This document shows, piece after piece, positions 45,394-54,380 of a stretch of DNA of 64,000 nucleotides. The notes beneath the pieces are model-generated. The model had not been told where the DNA came from, ran no database searches, and saw only the letters and a list, made by a program, of their open reading frames with translations. This DNA is from Candidatus Thorarchaeota archaeon. Its GTDB lineage: Archaea; Asgardarchaeota; Thorarchaeia; Thorarchaeales; Thorarchaeaceae. The stretch covers positions 28,852 to 92,851 of the forward strand of contig JAEORX010000002.1 of the NCBI GenBank assembly GCA_016840685.1, given 5' to 3'. The stretch's first letter is position 1. The number at the start of each line of letters is the position of its first letter. The position numbers and the translations under genes were made by a program.

Positions 45394-46164
45394 TTGAAAA
45401 CCATTATTCTTCTTCCAAAGGTATATGGTGCTTACAGAGGTAGGCTTTTGGAAACAATTAGGTCTGAAATCTCAGAGATGGTAGCAGAACTTGATGCAGA
45501 GATAACAAATCTAGGTACCAACAACAAGAATCACATCAAGTTAGTCATTCAAGGTGAAGATGAGGAATTTGTGTTCAATACGCTTGCTAAAGAATATGGA
45601 AAATGCCCTCAATCAGATACTCTATCTCTGGACAAGACATACCCTGGTCAGCTTGTGGATGTTGGAAAAGTAGGTTATGGACTATATTCAGATATTGGAA
45701 TCATCAACTCCAGAAGAATGGATGCTCTAATCCCACTTCATCAACTTCGCAATCAATTTGAATTACATAGCTCCATGAGGAGAATCGCAGAAACATTTGT
45801 ACTTGTTGAAAATCTTCCTGTTGAGGTAGACCTCACGAACATCGATTTGTACAACAACAAAGTGGAAGCCAAGTTTAATCAATCAACATTGTCACGAATT
45901 ACAGAGTGGATGCACGATGATCATGAGCGTCTTCTTATATTTGGCGCCAATCGTAGTGATGTAGAGAACTCATTGAAGAACACGAACCATAGAGAAGACA
46001 TCTATGAGATAGAACAGCTAGGTAAGTTTGAACTGTCGCTCAGGTGTAAAAGAAGCACAAGAGCTTCTGGAATTCTTGCAGCAATTGGTCCGAAACTCAG
46101 AGGCGTTCCGATGCATCTCTTCATTCCAAAAGAGCTCGAGGCGAAAAAACTTGCCAAGACTTGA
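45394..46164 (+). CDS. Conserved hypothetical protein with an S1/OB-like segment
   Basis: GQLVDVGKVGYGLYSDIGI..DALIPLHQLR. 256 aa, TTG start. Confidence 0.5.
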   Translation: MKTIILLPKVYGAYRGRLLETIRSEISEMVAELDAEITNLGTNNKNHIKLVIQGEDEEFVFNTLAKEYGKCPQSDTLSLDKTYPGQLVDVGKVGYGLYSDIGIINSRRMDALIPLHQLRNQFELHSSMRRIAETFVLVENLPVEVDLTNIDLYNNKVEAKFNQSTLSRITEWMHDDHERLLIFGANRSDVENSLKNTNHREDIYEIEQLGKFELSLRCKRSTRASGILAAIGPKLRGVPMHLFIPKELEAKKLAKT

Positions 46165-46828
46165 TGTGTGGCTTGTTGAAAGGGGGAGATTCCTATCCCG
46201 TCAAGCTGCAAAGAGAGCCATCAATAATGGTCTAGTTACTGTCAATGGACAAATATGCAAACCATCCACCAAAGTTTCAGAGAAAGACAAAATCGAGCTT
46301 CTAAGCAGTGAGATAGATGTCCCACAAGGATTCCTGAAACTAAAGGAACTGGATCAAAGGCTTCAAGACACCCTAGTTTCCAAGAATTCCATGGCTCTTG
46401 ATATTGGTAGCTCTGCAGGTGGTTTTTTGGTTTACTTGGCTGAAAAAGGAGCAAGTGTTGTCGGAATTGAGGTTTCTGAGAGATTTACCAAAGAGCTCAA
46501 TGCTATAATGTACAGATACCCCCTTGTTTCAGTCATTTTCGCTGATGCATTCCACATTGATCTCAATACTATAGTCGGTAATAGAAAGCTTGACCTTCTC
46601 TTGATTGATGTCACAACAGATCCCGAAGGCACATTGAAACTTATTGAGAGATTTACTCCTCTTCTAAAAGTAACTGGTCGCATGCTTTCAGCCTTTAAGT
46701 TGCACTCCAAATCTGAAAAGCTAGCACATCTTAAAACACTAATCTCCCAACTAGGCTATGCTCAAGTTCAAGAGATAATCCTTGACGAAACACGTCAAGA
46801 AGTACACATAACTGCAATTCACTTGTAA
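46151..46828 (+). CDS. TlyA-like rRNA 2'-O-methyltransferase (S4 domain + FtsJ fold); start moved to the TTG at 46151
   Basis: RLDVWLVERGRFLSRQAAKRAINNGLVTVNG is the S4 domain. ALDIGSSAGGF is the SAM motif. Confidence 0.75.
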   Translation: MPRLDVWLVERGRFLSRQAAKRAINNGLVTVNGQICKPSTKVSEKDKIELLSSEIDVPQGFLKLKELDQRLQDTLVSKNSMALDIGSSAGGFLVYLAEKGASVVGIEVSERFTKELNAIMYRYPLVSVIFADAFHIDLNTIVGNRKLDLLLIDVTTDPEGTLKLIERFTPLLKVTGRMLSAFKLHSKSEKLAHLKTLISQLGYAQVQEIILDETRQEVHITAIHL

Positions 46829-46865
46829 GCAACTTTTTATTGTAATATCCGACCTAACTCTTTCA

Positions 46866-46975
46866 GGGGCGGTAGTCTAGCCCGGCTATGATGTCTCGTT
46901 TACACCGAGAAACAATCGAAGCTTTGTGCTCTTTGAACTCGAGGGTCGCTGGTTCGAATCCGGCCCGCCCCACCA
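46866..46975 (+). tRNA. tRNA-Val (UAC) with a ~32-nt intron 3' of the anticodon stem (variable-region, non-canonical position), CCA encoded
   Basis: GGGGCGGTAGTCTAGCCCGGCTATGATGTCTCGTTTACACCGAGA[AACAATCGAAGCTTTGTGCTCTTTGAACTCGA]GGGTCGCTGGTTCGAATCCGGCCCGCCCCACCA. Boundaries are ambiguous because CGAG is repeated. Confidence 0.8.
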
Positions 46976-47070
46976 CTTCCAAAAACTTACCAATTCCGAA
47001 CCAAAGAGTTGAAGAGTGAGTATGCCGCAAAGAGGCAAATAATGAGCTGTTGAATGCTTAGCTGAGCATA

Positions 47071-47189
47071 GCGGGAGTAGCCAAGCCCGGTCAAAGGCGG
47101 CGGACTTAAGATCGATGAAAAATATGGGGTCACGATAAGATATCCGCTCTCGTAGGAGTCCGTGGGTTCGAAGCCCACCTCCCGCACCA
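47071..47189 (+). tRNA. tRNA-Leu (UAA) with a ~31-nt canonical 37/38 intron, CCA encoded
   Basis: GCGGGAGTAGCCAAGCCCGGTCAAAGGCGGCGGACTTAAG[ATCGATGAAAAATATGGGGTCACGATAAGAT]ATCCGCTCTCGTAGGAGTCCGTGGGTTCGAAGCCCACCTCCCGCACCA. Has a long variable arm. Confidence 0.85.
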
Positions 47190-47249
47190 ACCATGTGTTT
47201 GAATCCATATGGCAATTTCTAAAAGGATATCGAGCACGTCGCTCTTAGT

Positions 47250-47813
47250 ATGCCTATTCAAGCCTTACTCACATCAGCAGGACTCGTATTAATGATGGAG
47301 CTAGGCGATAAAACAATGCTCACTACAATATGTCTCAGTGCACAATATAGAAAACCTGGACTAGTACTTCTTGCAACAATGACTGCATTGGCGATATCAT
47401 CAATCATCGCAGTAATTGTAGGATATGTCCTCTCCGCAACTCTTCCACTTGAAATCATTACATATGTATCTGGAATATTGTTTGTTGGTCTTGGGACTTA
47501 CACCCTCGTTAGAGCTAACTCTGAGGTACCAGACACTTGTGATAATCCGGGTACATTATTCGGCATGTTTTCTTTAGTACTGCTATCAGAACTTGGTGAT
47601 AAGAGTCAAATCACAATTCTTGCGCTATCTGCTGGCTCTCCCTTTTTCATTATGATATTCATAGGTTCTATCATCGGATTTCTGATTGTGAACTCTCTTG
47701 GGGCAATAGCTGGAGACCGTATAGCAAAACGTATTCCAATGATGATTGTGAAAAGAATTGTTGGACTAGTCTTTGTAGCATTTGGTCTACTCATAGTACT
47801 CGGAATTCTCTAA
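47250..47813 (+). CDS. UPF0016 (GDT1/TMEM165) family cation transporter
   Basis: Duplicated E-x-G-D-K-(T/S) motifs (MELGDKTMLTT, SELGDKSQITIL). About 6 TM helices. Confidence 0.85.
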   Translation: MPIQALLTSAGLVLMMELGDKTMLTTICLSAQYRKPGLVLLATMTALAISSIIAVIVGYVLSATLPLEIITYVSGILFVGLGTYTLVRANSEVPDTCDNPGTLFGMFSLVLLSELGDKSQITILALSAGSPFFIMIFIGSIIGFLIVNSLGAIAGDRIAKRIPMMIVKRIVGLVFVAFGLLIVLGIL

Positions 47814-47891
47814 ATGCTTGTATTTTTGATGACGAAGCCTTTTATGACTCATTTGACCTCAATGAACTGAAACTCGAAGGTGAGGATATCA

Positions 47892-49241
47892 ATGAGTCTT
47901 GATGATTCGGGTTATAGTGGATTAGTCCTAGAGAAGATCTCCAGTTCTAATGCCAAAGTTGGAGATATAATCAGTGTCAAGAGGAACGAGGAGGAGTATG
48001 TGGGAGTACTCATGCCGCGAAGCCAAGTTGGGAGTGACTCATTTCATATCATAATTAAGATTGAAACAGGCTATAATGTCGGTATAAAGATGCATCAAGA
48101 CTCTGAGATACAGAAAATCAAGACGGGCAAAAAGAAACGAACTATTATGTCAAAAGAGGAAGCAGACCAAAGGGACTTACCCACGGCTTCAATCCTTAGT
48201 ACTGGTGGTACCATTGCTAGCAAAGTCGATTATCAGACAGGGGCTGTTAATCCTGCCTTATCAGCACAGGACCTCTATGACACAGTTCCAGAACTCAAAA
48301 ACTATGCTAACGTCCACGCAAAAGTAATCATGAGTGTACTCTCAGAAAATATTCAGCCCAAGGATTGGACTAAGATTGCCAAGAGTGTGGCTTCTGAGAT
48401 TAAATCCGGAACAGATGGTGTTGTAATTGCACACGGAACAGATACACTAGGATCAACTTCAGCAGCACTATCATTTGCTCTTCAAGACCTTCCGATACCA
48501 GTCGTCCTAGTTGGATCACAGAGGTCCTCAGACCGCCCATCATCAGATGCTGCCATGAATCTGATAGGCGCCATTAACCTAGCAACAAGAGCAAATGCTG
48601 CAGAGGTCCTTGTCTTGATGCACGCAGAAACAGGCGACAACTATCTTCATGCACATCGTGGAACACGTGTTCGAAAGCTACATACAAGTCGTCGTGATGC
48701 TTTTCAATCAGTCAATGACTATCCATTATTCCGTGTCACAGAGCAAGATATTGAGGAAATTCATCCTCCAAAACACCGGAGAGATAAGGACAGAAAGCTC
48801 ATCTTAAAGCCGAAATTCGAAGAGAAAGTAGCACTAGTAAAGACACATCCTAGTATTGATGGTTCAATAATCAATCATCTCGTAGAATCAAGTTATAGGG
48901 GAATCGTGATTGAAGGTACTGGTTTGGGACATACGCCGAATCGTCTTCATTCTTCAATTAAGAAGGCTATTGATGCAGGTCTCGTTGTTGTAATGTCTAG
49001 TCAGTGTGTATTTGGACGTGTAAACATGAATGTCTACCGTTCAGGTGTCGAACTCCTTGATATCGGAGTAGTACCTTGCGAAGACATGCTGCCTGAAACA
49101 ACTCTTGTGAAGCTCATGTGGGTGTTAGCAAACACTAAGAACCAAGAAGCCGCAAGAGAACTTCTATTGAAACCTCTCGCAGGCGAGATTGACATGCGAA
49201 GTGAGGAATCTGAGTACGTTTCAAGCCTTGGGGGGAGCTAA
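47892..49241 (+). CDS. gatD: Glutamyl-tRNA(Gln) amidotransferase subunit D
   Basis: Asparaginase-like LSTGGTIASKVDYQTG, HGTDTL, RGTRVRKLHTSRRDAF. The ORF track begins at the GTG at 47880. Confidence 0.95.
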   Translation: MSLDDSGYSGLVLEKISSSNAKVGDIISVKRNEEEYVGVLMPRSQVGSDSFHIIIKIETGYNVGIKMHQDSEIQKIKTGKKKRTIMSKEEADQRDLPTASILSTGGTIASKVDYQTGAVNPALSAQDLYDTVPELKNYANVHAKVIMSVLSENIQPKDWTKIAKSVASEIKSGTDGVVIAHGTDTLGSTSAALSFALQDLPIPVVLVGSQRSSDRPSSDAAMNLIGAINLATRANAAEVLVLMHAETGDNYLHAHRGTRVRKLHTSRRDAFQSVNDYPLFRVTEQDIEEIHPPKHRRDKDRKLILKPKFEEKVALVKTHPSIDGSIINHLVESSYRGIVIEGTGLGHTPNRLHSSIKKAIDAGLVVVMSSQCVFGRVNMNVYRSGVELLDIGVVPCEDMLPETTLVKLMWVLANTKNQEAARELLLKPLAGEIDMRSEESEYVSSLGGS

Positions 49242-51159
49242 CCTGTTCCAAGACGATAGATACCTAGAATTAGGTCTAATGGTCGGTCTTGAACTTCATC
49301 AACAGCTAGACACACAACGAAAACTGTTCTGTCACTGTCCAACAATCATTCAGGAGCGGGAGCCAGATGGCGAATTTGTGAGGAGACTACGACCGACTCA
49401 AAGTGAGATGGGAGAGGTTGACCCTGCAGCTCTCTTTGAGTTTCAAAAACAAAAACGGTTTCGTTATGAGTATTACAATGATTCAACATGTTTAGTAGAA
49501 GCAGATGAGGAACCTCCGCACGATCTCTGTGAGGAGGCTGTGGACATTTGTTTGACGATAGCTGAGTTTCTCAAATCAAGACCGGTTGATGAGATACACC
49601 CAATGCGTAAAATCGTGATTGACGGGTCAAACACAACTGGTTTTCAACGCACGACCATCATTGCAAATGGTGGAGAGGTAATCATAGGGAAGAAGAGAGT
49701 TGGAATTCAGACTATTTGTCTTGAAGAAGACGCCGCAAGAAAGATTGCTGATGACGAAAAGAACAACATGAGAGTGTACAGGCTCGATCGTCTTGGGATT
49801 CCCCTGGTTGAAGTTGCTACCAATCCAGACATACGAACACCTACAGAGGCACAGGAGGTGGCGCTTGCACTGGGTCTTCTCCTGAGATCAACAGGCTCGG
49901 TTAAACGAGGGCTTGGCACAATTCGTCAAGATGTCAATGTATCAATCAAAGGAGGAGCAATCACAGAAATCAAAGGATTTCAACAGCTTGATATGCTATC
50001 AACACTTGTTTCACTAGAGGTCCAACGACAAGAGAAATTACTAGAGATTCGGGATATATTGAAGAAGCGAGGCATTTCTCCGAAAGATATCAAACCGAAT
50101 CTCTTTGACATCACAGTTGTTTTTGACAAAAGTGAATCAAAAGTCATCAAAAAGTCCATAGAATCCAACGAATCAGTTTATGCTGTAATACTGCCCGGTT
50201 TTGCAAATCTTCTTGGATATGAAGTGCAACCAAATCGTCGTCTTGGAACCGAGCTCTCGGATTATGCCAAGTTCTGGGGCGGTGTTGGAGGAATATTCCA
50301 CACAGATGAGCTCCCAAGACATGGAATCAAAGAATCAGAGGTTTCTAGCCTACGTAAACTGTCCCATGCCAAGGAACAGGATGCAGTTGTGTTTGTCGCT
50401 GGCTCGAAAGAAAAATGCAGAGATGCTCTTGAGGCAATAGTAGAGCGAGCCAGAGAAGCTGTGAAAGGTGTTCCTGCAGAAACCCGGATGCCACTTCCAG
50501 ATGGTACATCGAAGTATGCACGACCCCGACCTGGATCATCTCGTATGTACCCTGAAACTGATGTGAGACCGGTCAAGATTACGGACTCGCGACTGAAGAA
50601 AATCAGAAAGAACATGCCTGAAACTATTGAGAATCGAGAGAAGCGATTCATCAGAGATTATGGACTAAGTCCAGATCTTGCATATCAAGTAACTCGTTCT
50701 CAGAATATTGACCTATTTGAACAAATAATCAAGGAAACCGGGGTCTCTCCTACAATGGTTGCGGCTACTCTCGAAAACACAGTAGTCAGTCTTCATAGAG
50801 ACCAAGTCCCTACCGAGAATCTCAATGACAATCACTACCTTGAGCTATTCAATTCAATAGCAAACAAAACAATCTCATCAGAAGCAATACCGACAATTCT
50901 AACATTTCTTGCAAAGCAACCGAAATCAAGTATTGAAACTGCAATAGAATCAACCGGATTGGAGATGGTAACCAGCAGGGAGGTAGAAGACGTCATCAAG
51001 AAACTAGTGTCCGAACGTATGGACTTCATACGTGAACAAGGAGAACGATCAGTAGGAGGTCTCATGGGTGTGGCTATGAAGGAGCTCGGAGGAAAGGCTG
51101 ATGGTAAGACAGTCAGGGAGCTCCTCACAAAAGAGATTCAAGAAATTCTCAACTCATAG
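49228..51159 (+). CDS. gatE: Glutamyl-tRNA(Gln) amidotransferase subunit E (start uncertain: TTG 49228 or ATG 49279)
   Basis: LGLMVGLELHQQLDT..KLFCHCP, GatB/E core and C-terminal YqeY-like tail. Confidence 0.95.
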   Translation: MGGANLFQDDRYLELGLMVGLELHQQLDTQRKLFCHCPTIIQEREPDGEFVRRLRPTQSEMGEVDPAALFEFQKQKRFRYEYYNDSTCLVEADEEPPHDLCEEAVDICLTIAEFLKSRPVDEIHPMRKIVIDGSNTTGFQRTTIIANGGEVIIGKKRVGIQTICLEEDAARKIADDEKNNMRVYRLDRLGIPLVEVATNPDIRTPTEAQEVALALGLLLRSTGSVKRGLGTIRQDVNVSIKGGAITEIKGFQQLDMLSTLVSLEVQRQEKLLEIRDILKKRGISPKDIKPNLFDITVVFDKSESKVIKKSIESNESVYAVILPGFANLLGYEVQPNRRLGTELSDYAKFWGGVGGIFHTDELPRHGIKESEVSSLRKLSHAKEQDAVVFVAGSKEKCRDALEAIVERAREAVKGVPAETRMPLPDGTSKYARPRPGSSRMYPETDVRPVKITDSRLKKIRKNMPETIENREKRFIRDYGLSPDLAYQVTRSQNIDLFEQIIKETGVSPTMVAATLENTVVSLHRDQVPTENLNDNHYLELFNSIANKTISSEAIPTILTFLAKQPKSSIETAIESTGLEMVTSREVEDVIKKLVSERMDFIREQGERSVGGLMGVAMKELGGKADGKTVRELLTKEIQEILNS

Positions 51160-51261
51160 ACATTTACAGAAATTGATACAGACGATACAATCCAATGATA
51201 AGGTTAATTAGACGTACCCAGTGTGCTCGTCTACCAGACTTCGATAATGGGTAATAAGCGT

Positions 51262-51432
51262 GCCGCAGTGGCCTAGCTTGGTTAGGGCGCGAGACTCATA
51301 ATCTGGCTGGAATTCCCAGGCAAAATTACGGGGTCATAATCTCGGCCCGACCTCTAATGAGGCATCTCGAAGTCGTGGGCTCGAAACTATGCCACATTCT
51401 GTGACATAGACGGATTCCCACCTGCGGCACCA
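51262..51432 (+). tRNA. tRNA-Met or Ile2 (CAU) carrying ~93 nt of intervening sequence: 63 nt after position 37 (or 38+25 nt) plus ~30 nt in the T-loop; CCA encoded
   Basis: GCCGCAGTGGCCTAGCTTGGTTAGGGCGCGAGACTCATA[..63 nt..]ATCTCGAAGTCGTGGGCTCGAA[ACTATGCCACATTCTGTGACATAGACGGAT]TCCCACCTGCGGCACCA. The acceptor, D, anticodon and T stems all pair once the inserts are removed. Confidence 0.75.
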
Positions 51433-51488
51433 ACCCACAATTTGTATTTCAATGACGGAGTTATTAGGAATAATCTGCACTTAAAGCT

Positions 51489-51701
51489 ATGAAGAAAGAA
51501 AAGTGGAAACTGGTAGGTGGTCGCGTCTATCGATTGGTGAAAATATTCGATAACTTGCTTGATGCGACATTAAAAGCACGCGAATTGAAAGAGAACAATC
51601 ATGTCTTCCTATCAAAGACAGAAAAGAATGAATGGGCCGTCTACTATAGACCAAAGAGCCCTCATTTAGAATGCACTCCTAAACACTTCAGTATAGTATA
51701 G
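51489..51701 (+). CDS. Small conserved protein, paralog of 55443..55646
   Basis: 70 aa. Shares W-x-LV-x-G-x-(V/I)YRLV...WAVY-x-RPK with the other copy. Confidence 0.5.
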   Translation: MKKEKWKLVGGRVYRLVKIFDNLLDATLKARELKENNHVFLSKTEKNEWAVYYRPKSPHLECTPKHFSIV

Positions 51702-51734
51702 ACCAATTCCTATTATGTTGGTGCTTAATAAATA

Positions 51735-52064
51735 ATGAAAACACATAGAATCATGCCAATGAATTCTGTTCTCCAAGATGACGATACAGAAAACAGAAGG
51801 GTTCGGATAGAGTCTTTGGGCAGAATCGTCAAAACCCCACAACGCCCACATTTTGAAAAACTCATACATGAGTCTATTGTATCTGGTGTTATCGACATAA
51901 CCGATTGGACAATTGATGCAATACGGTCCCTACTAAAAGTCTGTGCTAAGAAGAATCTTCGAGTCACCCTGAAAGATGACACAAGATACTTCATGCCAGT
52001 CAGGTATCCCAAGGGTCAAATGCTGGAATCACTCGCGAGCGCAATCGTTTCTGGCGAATGGTGA
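51735..52064 (+). CDS. Hypothetical protein (weak)
   Basis: 109-aa ORF co-oriented with its neighbours. An antisense ORF of similar size exists. Confidence 0.3.
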   Translation: MKTHRIMPMNSVLQDDDTENRRVRIESLGRIVKTPQRPHFEKLIHESIVSGVIDITDWTIDAIRSLLKVCAKKNLRVTLKDDTRYFMPVRYPKGQMLESLASAIVSGEW

Positions 52065-52127
52065 GTTACTGACCCTTTCGGTAACCTCTTTATCGGGGTC
52101 TGCATTACTCATGACTGGAGATGGAGT

Positions 52128-53333
52128 ATGAATCTCACGTTCAAGACACTTGATGATGTGGATGTTGTAGGAAAACGGGTGTTGCTCCGTGTTGACATGA
52201 ACTGCTCTATAGATCCTCAGACAAAGCAAATCACTGATGCCACCAGAATTGAGTCAACCCGTGAAACGCTGGAGGAACTATCTAGAAGCAAAGTCGTGTT
52301 GATGGCACACCAAGGTCGTCCTGATAGTGATGACTTCACTTCCCTTGAACAACATACTGAGATTCTCAGGGAACTGGGATTTAATGCAAGTTTTGTTGAC
52401 GATATCTTTGGAGAAAAAGCGAAGAGAGCTATATCCCAGGTAAGTGATGGTGAGATACTAGTCCTCCAAAATGTTCGCTATTTTGAAGGTGAACTCAAGA
52501 ACGCCCCAGCGCAGGAAGTCGCCCAAGAACAGATTGTACAGGAATTATACCCATTATTCGACATTTTTGTGAACGACGCCTTTGGAGCTGCACATAGGTC
52601 CCAAGCATCTCTCGTAGGTTTTACAACGGTACTTCCATCTGTGGCTGGAAGACTTGTGGAGAAAGAGATTCGCACACTCACGTCCGCCACAGCCACTGAC
52701 CAACATCCTTGGACTCTAGTGCTTGGAGGGAGCAAAGTAGAGGACAAAGTCAAGATTCTTGAGAAGCTTCTATTGACTGGAAGGGTTGATTACGCGCTAC
52801 TGGGAGGACTCATTGGAACACTGTTTCTGATATCAGACGGGAAGGTTCCAGAGAATTATTCGAAACCGATTAAGGGTTATGAATCATCAGTTACTATAGC
52901 ACGTGATCTGTTGAGGAAGCATTCAGATGTTATTCTACTCCCTGAAGATGCTGCAGTAGAGCGTAATGGTGAAAGATTTGACTGTGATTTTGATGAGATG
53001 CAAAACAACCCATTTTTGGACATTGGGCCAAAGACCATCAAGAACTATGTCAAAATCATCAAAAACTCTGCAGTGGTATTTGCTAATGGTCCAATGGGGT
53101 ACTTCGAGAAAGAGCCATTTGCAAAGGGTACATCGGATGTTCTAGAAGCGATTGCAGAATGCAAAGGAATCACAGTTGTGGGGGGTGGTCATATGGGTGC
53201 AATGGCACAGAAAATGAATCTGGAAGACCGTATCACGCATATCAGCACAGGTGGTGGAGCAACAATCAATTTCTTGACAGGAAAAAAGCTTGATCTTATT
53301 GTGGCGTTGGAAGATGCTGCAAAGAGAATGTAG
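52128..53333 (+). CDS. pgk: Phosphoglycerate kinase
   Basis: VLLRVDMN, AHQGRP, NDAFGAAHR, GGGHMG. Confidence 0.95.
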   Translation: MNLTFKTLDDVDVVGKRVLLRVDMNCSIDPQTKQITDATRIESTRETLEELSRSKVVLMAHQGRPDSDDFTSLEQHTEILRELGFNASFVDDIFGEKAKRAISQVSDGEILVLQNVRYFEGELKNAPAQEVAQEQIVQELYPLFDIFVNDAFGAAHRSQASLVGFTTVLPSVAGRLVEKEIRTLTSATATDQHPWTLVLGGSKVEDKVKILEKLLLTGRVDYALLGGLIGTLFLISDGKVPENYSKPIKGYESSVTIARDLLRKHSDVILLPEDAAVERNGERFDCDFDEMQNNPFLDIGPKTIKNYVKIIKNSAVVFANGPMGYFEKEPFAKGTSDVLEAIAECKGITVVGGGHMGAMAQKMNLEDRITHISTGGGATINFLTGKKLDLIVALEDAAKRM

Positions 53334-53380
53334 ACTTATTGTATTACAAATAGTTCATTATTCTGAAACAAAGATACAGA

Positions 53381-53487
53381 TGGAGCCCCAGGCGAGATTT
53401 GAACTCGCGACCTGCTGATTACAAGTCAGCCGCTTTGACTGCACATCTGGTCATCCAGAGATGCTATAGCCTCTAAGCCACTGGGGC
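53381..53487 (-). tRNA. tRNA-Thr (UGU) with a ~30-nt intron in the D-arm region (non-canonical), CCA encoded
   Basis: Minus strand reads GCCCCAGTGGCTTAGAGGCTATAGC[ATCTCTGGATGACCAGATGTGCAGTCAAAGC]GGCTGACTTGTAATCAGCAGGTCGCGAGTTCAAATCTCGCCTGGGGCTCCA. Boundaries are ambiguous because AGC is repeated. Confidence 0.85.
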
Positions 53488-53538
53488 ACGACCTGCTGGT
53501 CACTCTGATTATATTATAGAGTTTTCGCAGTAGCAATC

Positions 53539-54081
53539 TTACTTATCATGATACACATTGTCTATGATGATAGCATAAGCAAGCAACATCATTCTGGGTG
53601 CCATTGGATCAACTATGTGGATCACATATCTGTCCTTGAAATTGAAGGCAGGTGCGAAGATGTCTCTCCATTTATCGCCCTTTCTTATTTCAGCATAGAC
53701 ACGATTTTTATCCTGAGGATCCGTAATTACGAAATTCCACTTCATGACGCCACCTTGAGCCTTGTATATCATCCTTTCTTCAGAGTCGTACATATCTATT
53801 GAACCCCTGAAAGCAATCATGGGTCTCTTTCCTCTACCAATCAGTTCACCTGTTGGTGACTTGACGTCATATATTGGACGAGCACTCATCAGCTTCTTGT
53901 TGATGATACATACAACAGAATCATCAGGATTCCTTAGCTCAATTTCAGCACGCATCGAGATGAGTTTCCGCTTCATTGATCCAATCTTCTCACCTTGCGG
54001 ATTGAAAATGTCGCCACCACCAAATTTCCATGCTTTTTCATGCAACACATAATATTCAATTGATGGGTCGAAAAGTTCCAA
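53539..54081 (-). CDS. LURP-one-related / YxjI (Tubby C-terminal-like beta-barrel, DUF567) family protein
   Basis: 180 aa. Alternating beta-strand pattern IFNPQGEKIGSMKRKLISMRAEIELRNPDDSVVCIINKKLMSARPIYDV. The call is from memory. Confidence 0.55.
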   Translation of the reverse strand: MELFDPSIEYYVLHEKAWKFGGGDIFNPQGEKIGSMKRKLISMRAEIELRNPDDSVVCIINKKLMSARPIYDVKSPTGELIGRGKRPMIAFRGSIDMYDSEERMIYKAQGGVMKWNFVITDPQDKNRVYAEIRKGDKWRDIFAPAFNFKDRYVIHIVDPMAPRMMLLAYAIIIDNVYHDK

Positions 54082-54380
54082 TGTACATCACCATTCCTTC
54101 TTCCTAGTTGAATCAAAACCAATTAAGAAAAACTGGGTCGAACTCCCATCTACAATATAGTGAAACTCCGCTTTTCTGAAGTCAGAAATGATTTGAATTT
54201 TCATTAGTCAAAGACATGTTTATGAGCCCCCGTGCCTTGATAACTTACAAGGACCGGAACTTGTAGAGATGAATCCTTATCACACGGGTGTCATACAAAC
54301 TCTAATCCTTACGAGAAAAGTAAAATAGCACACAGAATTGCCTAGGAAAGTATAGGATGAAGTACCAGTAGGTGAAATAA

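Noticed and set aside
48661-48672. Fifth exact copy of GAACACGTGTTC inside gatD
   Set aside because: It encodes the conserved GatD / asparaginase motif G-T-R-V-R-K (gga aca cgt gtt cga). It is most simply a coding coincidence rather than a regulatory site, although this cannot be excluded.
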